NCBI GenBank assembly: GCA_946965045.2
Contig: OX337237.1
Location: 868,001 to 932,000, forward strand
Direction: 5' to 3'
Length of the DNA: 64,000 nt
From: Epithemia pelagica
Lineage: Eukaryota; Protista; Bacillariophyta
Below the pieces are notes generated by a model. The model saw only the letters and a list, made by a program, of their open reading frames with translations. It made no database searches and was not told the DNA's origin. Made by a program: the position numbers and the translations under genes. This document shows, one piece after another, positions 10,746 to 20,811 of this stretch; positions within the stretch are counted from its first letter, which is position 1, and each line of letters opens with the position of its first letter.

Positions 10746-11035
10746 TCTGCGTTTCTGCACGACTTTTGTATTCGTAGCCAGTCTCAATTCCATGTCGAAC
10801 AGGAAATACTGTCGGGTTCATTGTTGCCTTCGTTGTCGTGTAGGCCAGGAGTCACGACAACAACCGCCCCAACAAAATTCTTGTACGGCACCACAGGCGT
10901 CACTGGTACGGCGTCTCCATTTTCTAAATCATGGCTTGTCAAAGATGATGAATCAGATTCGTAGTCGTTATCGGAATCATCGCTGGAGTCGTAATCGGAA
11001 TCATCGCTATCAACAGCCTTGCACCCCGTCAACAG
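10746..11035 (-). repeat. Duplicated 3' tail of the HNH-like family gene
   Basis: Near-copy of about 7410-7780 (GCKAVDSDDSDYDSS...SCSTWN plus 3' flank). Confidence 0.8.
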
Positions 11036-11087
11036 TCTCTTTACCTTGGAGTCTCATTTCAATACGGCGAATTATACTGCGAGTTCT

Positions 11088-12725
11088 TCAATTCCATGTC
11101 ACACAGGATGTCGTGTCGGATTCATCTTCGCCTCTAGTGTTGTGTAGGTCAAAATGCACGACGATAACCACCCCAACCAACGGCCCCATAGGCGCTGGAG
11201 GCGTCACTGGTACTGCATCTGCGTTGTCTAAATCCTGGCTTGTCAAGGAGGATGAATCGTATTCGGAGATGTAATCGGGATCATCCCTGCCAAGAGGCGT
11301 GTAGTCCGCCAACAGTCTCATGCCCCTTTGTCGAAAGAAATTATTGGCGCCTTTCGCAGCAACCACAATCGGATCAGGAGGATGCTGTTGAGGAATCAGA
11401 ACTTTCAAAACATGCTTACCCTCTTCACCAAAATGGTTTGTCGGTGGTGGGAAAGGGACGGTCATCCCATCACTCTCAAGGCGACCACAAAGCTCTTTCA
11501 TGCCCTTGACAATATCGTCGTGATTTTTCTTGGCTCTGTTCCGTTTCGATGGAAGAATTTCGTGTTGGATGGTCTCATCCAGATCGAGGATTCGAGGATC
11601 CCCTGTATCTCGCGTATGCAGGTCGGCTAACGCGAGACCCATCTCTCCCAAGCCTTGTGCTACTGTTTTGAGGTCTTGCACACTACAAAGTTTGATATCG
11701 ATATCCATTGACGATGCCGAGAAGAAAACCCCTCCGAGTGGTTGAGTCAACCTTCGCTCAGCCTCTACTTGAGAAATCGAAGAGTTTGTGTCCTTCCAGA
11801 CATTTCTGTGGGTGACATTGTCGTTGTCGTCTTCTTCTTCCGCAATTACTCGTCTCCCGCCAACGAATATGGCAAGTTCATAGGGCTTACCGTCCCATTC
11901 CAGCATCTCTTTTCTTGTTTGGATCGGAAAAATAACCCAGTTGCAACCATTATCGTAGTACATGTAATGGGGGTATGGAACATGTAAGACGTTTCGTTCG
12001 TTACTTCTCATGCCTCTCACCCCGCCCCTTTCCCCGTTTGTCATGACGATCAGTGCTTTGTACAGCTTGTTCTTCAATTTTTCTTTTTCCATAGGCTCCT
12101 CCTCGGCTTCGATTTTCCGCAACTGGTTGTCGAACTTCTCCACTCTCCCAACCATCCAACGGTAAACAAGAGCCCACCATGGACCAACTGCGGGGGATTC
12201 ACATCCTTGGTGCCCCTTGTGGCCTCGCTCTCCTTTGATGATGCAGGCATTTGGATTGTCGGCTTCATTCGTCCTTCTGGAAAAAGTGCTGTACTCCGAT
12301 GTAGCGAGAGATTTAGTGTCGGGTTCTATGGCTTCGTCTAAGGCTTTCACAAGCAATGCCCGTTCTTCATCGTATGCAGTGTGTTCAGACGCACGCATGA
12401 ACTTGTTCGCCATGCCCCGAATATCTTGCATATTCTTCTGTTCAAAATCTTCCTCAGAAAATATTTCGGACGCTTTAGCAAAGTATCGACCATTTTGTAG
12501 CTGTTTTTCGAGATTATCCCTTTTGTCCCACAACGCAAATTTCTTTTCATACAACGAACTCTTTTCTTCCATAAAGGCATGTTTATCGCTTTGGTTTTCA
12601 AACGTTAAAGGTACGCTTGCCTTGAATCGTTCCAATTCATCCGTAGCTCGTTCGAGTTCGGCTTTGGCACGAGAGAGGCGATCTTGGACGAGAGAGCGGC
12701 GTTCTTGGTTTGTTGATTCGGTCAT
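11088..12725 (-). CDS. 545-aa protein: N-terminal coiled coil plus putative HNH-like nuclease region and acidic tail
   Basis: Intact ATG ORF with GHKGH...GMRSNERNVLHV..H..YYD...VIFPI..W.G and PDPIVVAAKGANN; three related copies in the window. The HNH call is an inference. Confidence 0.65.
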   Translation of the reverse strand: MTESTNQERRSLVQDRLSRAKAELERATDELERFKASVPLTFENQSDKHAFMEEKSSLYEKKFALWDKRDNLEKQLQNGRYFAKASEIFSEEDFEQKNMQDIRGMANKFMRASEHTAYDEERALLVKALDEAIEPDTKSLATSEYSTFSRRTNEADNPNACIIKGERGHKGHQGCESPAVGPWWALVYRWMVGRVEKFDNQLRKIEAEEEPMEKEKLKNKLYKALIVMTNGERGGVRGMRSNERNVLHVPYPHYMYYDNGCNWVIFPIQTRKEMLEWDGKPYELAIFVGGRRVIAEEEDDNDNVTHRNVWKDTNSSISQVEAERRLTQPLGGVFFSASSMDIDIKLCSVQDLKTVAQGLGEMGLALADLHTRDTGDPRILDLDETIQHEILPSKRNRAKKNHDDIVKGMKELCGRLESDGMTVPFPPPTNHFGEEGKHVLKVLIPQQHPPDPIVVAAKGANNFFRQRGMRLLADYTPLGRDDPDYISEYDSSSLTSQDLDNADAVPVTPPAPMGPLVGVVIVVHFDLHNTRGEDESDTTSCVTWN

Positions 12726-12947
12726 ATTCCTTTGATGTTGTTTTGTTGGTGGTCAAAGAAATGAACACCAAAAAGTGCAGGTATGTGGTAGTCCTAGGCT
12801 TCAGTCGAAGGTGGCCATGGCATGTACGTTCGTAGACGGTGCACGTTTGTGAAAACGAATCCGCGCATGGTAGGACTCACCGAAAAACCTGAAATACCTC
12901 CTTCGTGACATAGGGTAGTTTTCTCGCAACTAGGCCCTAGTCCAGCC

Positions 12948-13169
12948 CTAGTTATTCGCAGTTCTTTCTTGTTTAAACAACGCATCCTTTTGTTGTTGCA
13001 ACGCATCCATTTGTTCAATCAACTTTTGCATTAACGCAACCTGTTCTTCCGGAGAGGCGTTACTGTCGATTCGAGAAGTGCTTGGATTGAGTTGTTCCAA
13101 TTCTTTACGGATGGTTTCGAGTTTCTCTTTGGTACGAGAGAGACGATCTTGGTTTGCTGCTTCGCTCAT
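12948..13169 (-). CDS. Stand-alone coiled-coil 'header' ORF, paralogous to the N-terminus of 11088-12725
   Basis: MSEAANQDRLSRTKEKLE versus MTESTNQ...QDRLSRAKAELE; upstream regions 12730-12920 and 13175-13360 are also paralogous. Confidence 0.5.
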   Translation of the reverse strand: MSEAANQDRLSRTKEKLETIRKELEQLNPSTSRIDSNASPEEQVALMQKLIEQMDALQQQKDALFKQERTANN

Positions 13170-13886
13170 GTTCCTTTTCTCTTTTGCTTTTGGAAACGAA
13201 AACAAAAAGGTGCAGATTTCGGACTCCTGGGTTTAAGGTGAAATACGTTCCCATTCGTGCACGTTTGTGAGACCAGCGCTCATCCGCTGATGGCTCTGGG
13301 TATGATTCACTGAAAAACTTGAAATCTCCTTCTTGACTAAGGGTATAGTTTTTTCAAAACTAAGCCTTTTTGTCTTTCTATCCTCAGTGGTACGAAAGAG
13401 TGCCAATTGGCTGCAAGAATAGGGCTCTTGCTTGCATTTTGTTGAACAATATCTTGAACGCCTTTCATGGGCGACATTCGTTCTGCGGCGGATGGATGAG
13501 GCATTTGACTTAATGATTCTGTCAACAAACAGCCTCGACCACTCACGAGGACCCGTCCATCAAAAGTTGCCATATTTGGACCGTAACCTGTACGAATTTT
13601 GGATCGAGTAGGCACCACAGAAAGCCAGACATATTCATGTTCGCTGCAGAAGACATGCGGGATGATTCCCACACCGAGAAGCATCATATTGCATCCAAAA
13701 ACCTGCACACATGTTGCAATATTCATTCCAAGCAGACCGTCGTTGTGCTACCAGGAAACTCGTTTCAGTAAAATGACATTGCCCGTACCGGGACTGCATG
13801 GATGGTATTAAGTGTGTTGTCGCACAACCAGGACACTTGTTATTGTATACCATGACATTGCCCGTACCTTGTTTGGCATGGAGTCG

Positions 13887-16517
13887 CTACTTCGAGGCTT
13901 CCAATTCAGTCGGTGGTACGGTGGAAACAAATTCCGTCCAATGATCTTCGCTTATGATCCCACCTCCCAAACATTCCGTTGTGGTAGGATCGTAAAAGAC
14001 CACGTATTGACCTGGTGCCAAACCACCATCTTTGGTATCCAATCGAACCTTCCACGTCCCTGTACCAGTTGTTATTGTTGTCGAGTCACTTGTTTCAGTA
14101 TGAATCGTCTCTGTGCTGTCACTGGTCGTCATTGAGCTGTCATGCTTATCGGGTAGCCATTGCAATGTTCCTCGCACAATCTTGGGGCCATGTCGAATCT
14201 TCATATCTAATCTCCACATCCATTCTGTTTTTGGGTGGTCATCCGCAGACGAGCTATGGTTGTTGCTTTGGTTGTCGTCGTGGTACAGAGGCCGTGGCAT
14301 GGTTCCAGTTATCCACGAAACATCGTGGACAGTAAATTTCGATCGGGCTTGATCAAACTGATTTTGTTGATAGTCGTTGGAACAGTAGACAATCCGTCGT
14401 GAAGGGTCCTTGGCCACAACATACCATGGTCCTAACGCCGTGGCTTGCGGAAAGAGGTAGGGTCCGATGCCCTTGCGTTGTCCCACGGTATGGAACCAGA
14501 CACCCTTGTGTTGGCCCAATATTTGACCGGTTCCGGCATTGACAATGGGCCCGGGTTCTTGACCCAAGTAGGATTCCATAAAGTCTTGAAATTTCACCTT
14601 GCCCAAAAAACACAAGCCTTGCGAGTCGGGACGATGACGATTGGGTAAACCCCAGGCATTGGCCAATTCTCGAACTTGATGCTTGTGCAATTGGCCCAAT
14701 GGAAACAACACCCGACGCAACTGATCTTGTGTCAAGGCGCACAAAAAGTAGGATTGATCCTTGACCGGATCTGGGGCACGAAACAAACGGACCACGTCAT
14801 CCTCCTTGCCTCTATCTGGAATGGCAGTGTGCTCGTCATTGGAATCTGGTCGTTGTAGTCGCGCATAATGACCCGTGGCAATAAAATCAAATCCAGTATC
14901 CACACCTTCTTGTGCAGTATGATGAATGGAACGACAGTAATGCTGGAGGGCTTGATAAAAGCATCCAAATTTGATACGGGCATTGCACAAAACATCTGGA
15001 TTGGGTGTCCGTCCCGCCTTGGCTTGATCCATGGTCGTGCGAATCACATATTGTTGATATTCGTCTTGGAGGGACAATGTATGCAAGGGTACCGTTACGG
15101 ATCTATTCCATAAGGAGGACAAGGACTCGGCCGCGTGATGACAAACGCTTCGACAGGAATCGACATCGTCTTGCCAGGGACAGGTTCCCAAATGAGCCAC
15201 TTCATCTTGTAACCAAATTTTCAAGTAAAAGGCCGTCACATTGTAGCCCTGTCGCAACAAGAGATGCAAGGCGACGGACGAATCGACACCACCCGACAAT
15301 AGCAAGGCCACACGAGGAGAGCGACGAACAGTCTGGTCTTGGTGACTCATGGACACGAGATTGTCAGTTGTTATGCTATCCAACAAGGGCGATGCAACCG
15401 TGCTGTTTTGGTTGCCATCATTGTTATGTGTTGGAAGTGCCGGACCAATCAGGTCTCGGAGCGGTTCTGGGGGTGAGGCTGTAAACGGCGATTCTCGTCC
15501 GGTGGTGGTGAATGGCGTCTGTTGTTCTAGAACCAAGAGTGGGTCTAATGGTGACTCGTCTAGTTGTAGTAGGGAGGACGACGCTGTCATGTTCAGCGAC
15601 TTGACCGACAATAACAGTTTGCGGACCAAGTCTTGTGTGGTGTGGACCAAACTGGCCATTCCATCGTTGCGACCGGGTGACAGGGCCACTCGCAAGTGCC
15701 ATTCGTCGGCCAAGGTATTGGGGTCTTGGTGCAGAACATCAATGGGACATTGCCCGTGACATTGTCGACACCACAAGGCCAACAAACCTCGAGAGACGAG
15801 AGCATCACACGTACCGACAATGGCCACCGAATACTCGTCCTGTGGTGCGGATGGATGGGTGGTTGTTTCGTTCGTGTGGATCTCCTTGTTGGGTGGCCAT
15901 GACGAGTCCTTGTCGTACAGCAATACTTGAATTTGAACATTGGCGGTACAACCAGGAACCATGGTCGGTGGTGACTTTGCTACCAATCGCTGACGTGTTG
16001 GAGAGTGTTCTTTTTGTTGTTGTTGTTGAAGGGCAAAGTCATGTCCTACTTGAACCAAGTGTTTTTGAAGAGCTGTCGTTGTAGCCGACAAGGAAGAAGA
16101 GGTGGATGATGATGATGCGTTGGTCGTTGTTGCCATCTGTACAATACTCCACAATTCGGAGCGAATCAATTCTTGTTGATGAATCCATGACGACCAAGTG
16201 GTGTTGGTCGTTGTTGATACAGTTCTTGTAGGTGATAAATGAGTTGCTGTTGTTGTTGTTGTTGTGGAGTTGTTGCGGATGTAGAAGAAGTTTGGTTGTT
16301 GAAGGTTTGTTGTTTTTGGTGTCGTTCGAGAATCCATGTCTGGCCTCGTTGCGGATGCCAAACTTGTCGCCCTGCCATTGGGCTTGAAGGAGGCTGGTAA
16401 CCCCACGAATTGGAACGGTCGGCGTTGTTGTGGTTTGGGAGGTATCACCATCCATGCCTCAACGAGTCGTTCCATCCAACCGACACATAAAACTACAAGC
16501 ACACACCCACCAATCAT
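13887..16517 (-). CDS. mnmA: tRNA 2-thiouridylase MnmA fused to an N-terminal SufE-like domain; predicted plastid targeting
   Basis: MnmA motifs LLSGGVDSSVAL, TPNPDVLCN, IATGHYAR, KDQSYFL, DSQGLCFLG, PGQYVVFY. SufE-like motifs VPGC, GTCDALVSRGLLAL, LSPGRNDGMASL. The N-terminus is a hydrophobic signal ending VEA/WMV. Confidence 0.9.
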   Translation of the reverse strand: MIGGCVLVVLCVGWMERLVEAWMVIPPKPQQRRPFQFVGLPASFKPNGRATSLASATRPDMDSRTTPKTTNLQQPNFFYIRNNSTTTTTTATHLSPTRTVSTTTNTTWSSWIHQQELIRSELWSIVQMATTTNASSSSTSSSLSATTTALQKHLVQVGHDFALQQQQQKEHSPTRQRLVAKSPPTMVPGCTANVQIQVLLYDKDSSWPPNKEIHTNETTTHPSAPQDEYSVAIVGTCDALVSRGLLALWCRQCHGQCPIDVLHQDPNTLADEWHLRVALSPGRNDGMASLVHTTQDLVRKLLLSVKSLNMTASSSLLQLDESPLDPLLVLEQQTPFTTTGRESPFTASPPEPLRDLIGPALPTHNNDGNQNSTVASPLLDSITTDNLVSMSHQDQTVRRSPRVALLLSGGVDSSVALHLLLRQGYNVTAFYLKIWLQDEVAHLGTCPWQDDVDSCRSVCHHAAESLSSLWNRSVTVPLHTLSLQDEYQQYVIRTTMDQAKAGRTPNPDVLCNARIKFGCFYQALQHYCRSIHHTAQEGVDTGFDFIATGHYARLQRPDSNDEHTAIPDRGKEDDVVRLFRAPDPVKDQSYFLCALTQDQLRRVLFPLGQLHKHQVRELANAWGLPNRHRPDSQGLCFLGKVKFQDFMESYLGQEPGPIVNAGTGQILGQHKGVWFHTVGQRKGIGPYLFPQATALGPWYVVAKDPSRRIVYCSNDYQQNQFDQARSKFTVHDVSWITGTMPRPLYHDDNQSNNHSSSADDHPKTEWMWRLDMKIRHGPKIVRGTLQWLPDKHDSSMTTSDSTETIHTETSDSTTITTGTGTWKVRLDTKDGGLAPGQYVVFYDPTTTECLGGGIISEDHWTEFVSTVPPTELEASK

Positions 16518-17316
16518 TTTTGTGGAGAAGGAGGGAGGGTCTTGATCGTATAGCAGTTTTCGAATGGTGCAACCTTGACAACAGGAAAAAGGCAAGATGG
16601 AGAAGACCAAACCGGGTCGTCGAACGAATCCTTGATGGAACGAGACTGTGTGTGTCTAGTAGTGGTGAGCAATATGTACAGAAATGTTGCCGAGGAACGG
16701 TTCGACATTCATTGTCTTTGGATCACAACAAAGAATCTTGATGTGTGATGGATGGCGATTGTGTCGTTGGATTTGGGGATGGATGATAGATGGGTTCATA
16801 CAATAAGAGTTCTCAAGAGCGACCAAAAGGTTTTTCGACACGCTTCAAAGTCGCTTTTAGGTCTCACCGGTTCCGTACTTTGTGAGGTACACTGTTACAA
16901 AACAATCTATACTAAGAAATCAGATAGAGTCTGTTGCTCCTCAAGAGTACATTTTATTCATAGAGCATCGCAGGCCGACCATTCCTCGCCCCGCGGAGGT
17001 GCACTCCCGCACAAGATTCTCGCCCCGTTTGTTGCTGTCTCTCTTTCGCATCGTCGTCTCCAGCAGAATGAATGTATCATCCAGATTGGCAAATTGCTCC
17101 AGACATTGATGTCTCAAGAACTCAAACTACAGACTCTCGTACAAAGAAAAGCCTTTGTTCCGTTGTAGTTTCTGCACGCCTCAAACACAGCCTGCAAGGA
17201 ACAAGGACGAGATTCAAAAAAATACCAGACCTATCAGCAGCTGAATAAGGGGGCCACAATAAGGTCCATGCCAGTACGGCCGGCTGTTAATCATTTTGCA
17301 GGATTGTAACATTATC

Positions 17317-20300
17317 ATGACAAACAAAGAAAGCGCCTCGTCGGAATCTCCACCACGAAAGACTGGCGACCATGGTGGAGAGGAGAGCGAGAGTGATTCT
17401 GTACAAACGGACAACAAGAACGACAAGAATCCTCCAATTAATGAGACCATCCAAACGTCCATTCATCTTGTCATGATGGATTACCAACAACAACAACACG
17501 ACAAGTCCATACCCTCTTTGGACGAAACGACGAAACGTACCACCGAAACCAAAACTAGCAAAATGAACCCGAGCGACACTCGCAGACAACACAAGACACA
17601 TGAAGCTCGTGAAACAAAGCATGGATCGTCCACTATTCGCAACGATGGCTGCCAAGCACAAGACGATTCACGGTCTGCAGTGTCGAAAGGAGTGGATGAA
17701 ACGCATGACATGGATTCCGTCACCAAACTAGAACAAGACAAATCTCTTGAAGAAAAGACTGCCAGTCATACCAAGAACAAGTATGATTCTCGGATGGAAC
17801 TTGAACCGAAACAGGGATTCCCCGTCATTCTTGCCGATGCGGTTTGCCATGACGATGCACCCCTTACAAAAAATGGTGGAAAGGTTAACAAGGATGAGGA
17901 GAGGATTCTTTTTGACAACAAGGACTCCGACGATTGGACCGCTGACTTGGACGAACATGACGCTCAAACCAATGAACGACACACCAGAAGAATGGATCAC
18001 GATGCATTTCCTGCCACTCTAAGTATGGATTTTTTGCAAGGTGCACAACAACCATTGGTACCGGGAGCTTTTTCGTATTCACTGAATCACGGTCAACATG
18101 GAGAACGGCGACTCCCCATTCGAGATTATCAGAGGAAAAGCCTACAACCTGTAGCAGATCAACAACTGTCTTCTAAAGCGGCCCGCAGAAGCGTTCGAGA
18201 AGAGGTGTCCAATTCTTCCGATGACGAAGAAGTGGATTCGCAAGACGATTCGCAAGACAATCCTCCTCCTCACACCTTGACTCCAAATCACCTCATTCAT
18301 CACTACTCAACACTCATTTCTGCCACATTGGTGGACGACCATGGTCACCACGAAACAACAAATAGCAACAGCATGTTGACAATGGTCAATGATACGCATT
18401 TGTTGCCTTTGGTCGATGCATGAACCTTATCCGAAACACCGGGCAACAATAGGCAAGGTGACGAAGCGTCCCCACCACATCCTCCGGATGACGAGCGACC
18501 AGGACGACGACGCCACCGAGGATTCTGTCACAAACAATCCAGTGCTTTTATACGCGTTCCAATGATTGCATGGTTGCTTCTGGTCATTGTCGTTGTTGCA
18601 GTGGTGGTCGTGGTGGTTCTGGTGACGACTGTGGGTGGAGGTGGGGATAATCGTGAGACCAACGCCATTGCAGCGGAACAACCGCCCGTTCCTACCGAGA
18701 ACCCAACGACGCTATATTTCTACAGTGGCATGCCGTCATTAAGTGCAGCGCCTTCCTTTTCGTCTGCACCAAGCACAGTGCCTTCTACGAGTATGGCACC
18801 GTCCACAGTACCGTCGACTTCACAAGAACCTTCCATATCGCCCACACGATCTGTTTCGGCAATGGAACTCATGTTACGCACCAATTATCCAGAAGTGTTT
18901 GAACAAGAAGATAAAGCAATACTGGCAGACCATGACGAGTCAGCGTACTGGATGAAGGCATTGCGGTTTGTTGAGGAGACATCTTCAAAGATGGCGGATT
19001 GGAGAATCGCACAGCGCTACGCACTGACATGCATTTATTATGCTACCAATGGTGTTTCCACACCCTATTACGTTGAAAACTTTATGAATGAAAATGACAC
19101 AGATGTACCAGAATGGAGCAGTAGGATTGGATGGGCTGAGAGAGCGGATACGACCCGCGAATGTGGTTGGGCTGGTGTGGAGTGCAAAGACCTCGTGATT
19201 GATCCTTCAAACATTCTCAATACAGAATCACATGTCATATCCATCGTCCTGGATAGGAAACTTCTTTTGGTTACAGGAACATTTCCGATCGAAGTCATCA
19301 TCTTGAAAGAAACTTTGGAAGAGCTAAGAATAGTTGACTGTCCTGTGTCGAACAACGTTTTGGAGGACTTATGGTGGTTGGGGGAACTGGCACAAATGCG
19401 TGAGCTTGTTCTTCGAAGAACCGGTTTCGGATATGACCAGGGTTTGCCACTTGAGTTAGGATCTCTGACTAACCTCGAGAGACTCGATGTGTCTTACTCA
19501 CTGTTTAGAGGACGATTGGACGCAAAGACAGCCTTTCAAAATTTATCAAGCCTTGAATATCTTTCGCTGTCGGGACTCAACTTCACAAATCCCATCACTC
19601 TTTTTGACAGTCTGTCGTCTTTGCATAGCCTCACAACTTTGAGAATGAGTGACATCTCTTTTCAGGGTGCTTTGTCATTCAAATTTTCTGAACTTGCGAA
19701 TCTTCGGAGAGTCTCTATTGAGAATGCTGATCTTACTGGAACCCTTGACGTCATTCTCAGCGACAACTCGTTCACCGGTTACGAAACGGACGTGCGACAA
19801 CTCTTCTTATCAGGCAACCCAAATCTTCGAGGTACCCTTCCTCGTACCATAGGTCTATTTTCGGAATTGACCGACTTACGACTTGAAAATTGTGGCCTGA
19901 CTGGACAAATCCCAGCAGAACTGGGATGGCTTCAAAAAGTACGATATGTGCAAATGGGAAACAACGCATTCAATGGAACATTTCCTTCGAATTTTGGGAA
20001 CCTTTCGAGTCTGGGGACTCTGTACCTTCAGGACAACAATTCGACTGGAGGATTGGATGCTTTTCTGGGTGATCACAGGGACGCAGGATATTCGTTCCAC
20101 CTTACTTCTCTGAACCTTACCAACAACTACCTTCTGGGCGGTTCAATACCAACCTCAGTGGGTTTATTTACGGATTTACGCAGATTGGTTCTGGGAAATT
20201 GTGACTTGACTGGTCCCGTCCCATCGCAAATCGGACTGCTCCATTCTCTCCTGAATCTTGATTTGCACGACAATACCCTCAATGGGACAATACCGTCACA

Positions 20301-20484
20301 ACTTGGTGAAATCACCTCACTTGGTTACGGTCACGTGCAATTGCACTACAATGATCTTACAGGTGCTGTCCCTCAATCTATATGTGAGCTGCCACAAGAT
20401 GATTTTGATTATGTCTTCACGACGGATTGTAGTACACCTGGAAAAGTGTCATGTGAAATACCTTGCTGCACAATGTGCTATTGA
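17317..20484 (+). CDS. Type II membrane leucine-rich-repeat protein interrupted by a single in-frame TGA (18421-18423)
   Basis: ORFs 17296-18423 and 18562-20484 share one frame with no other stop between them. TM segment WLLLVIVVVAVVVVVVLV, then plant-type LRRs (L..N.L.G.IP..LG.L) and a terminal Cys cap (CEIPCCTMCY). Confidence 0.85.
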
Positions 20485-20811
20485 ATCAAAGGTTCAAGAA
20501 GGCGACGCTCTCACCCGTATATTGCGACGAAAGTGGCCTGATTTTGACCGTTGCCTTGCCACGTTACTACGTTTCTTTCAATTAATCAAGAAGACAAGGC
20601 TGGATATCACGTCTGGTCATAACAGAAACCATTCCACCGTGGGTGGGATCGGCGCACAAGAAGATGAAATGACAGCCTCTCGACAGCGCTTGCAAGTGTT
20701 TGCACCGCAGGTTGCCTCCTCGTATTGTACTCGATTCAAAGCTTACGACTCCCGGTTGGTCTCGAAGGAACAGAGCCGTAAAATAACCGCGTGCTGCTGC
20801 AATGGACAGCA

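Noticed and set aside
13337-13853. Short Cys-containing ORFs downstream of mnmA
   Set aside because: No recognisable motif and no consistent frame.
8340-18423. Recurrent in-frame TGA/TAG in paralogs as evidence of stop-codon reassignment
   Set aside because: TGA, TAG and TAA all terminate intact genes here; the changes are ordinary TGG/CGA transitions in decaying duplicates.
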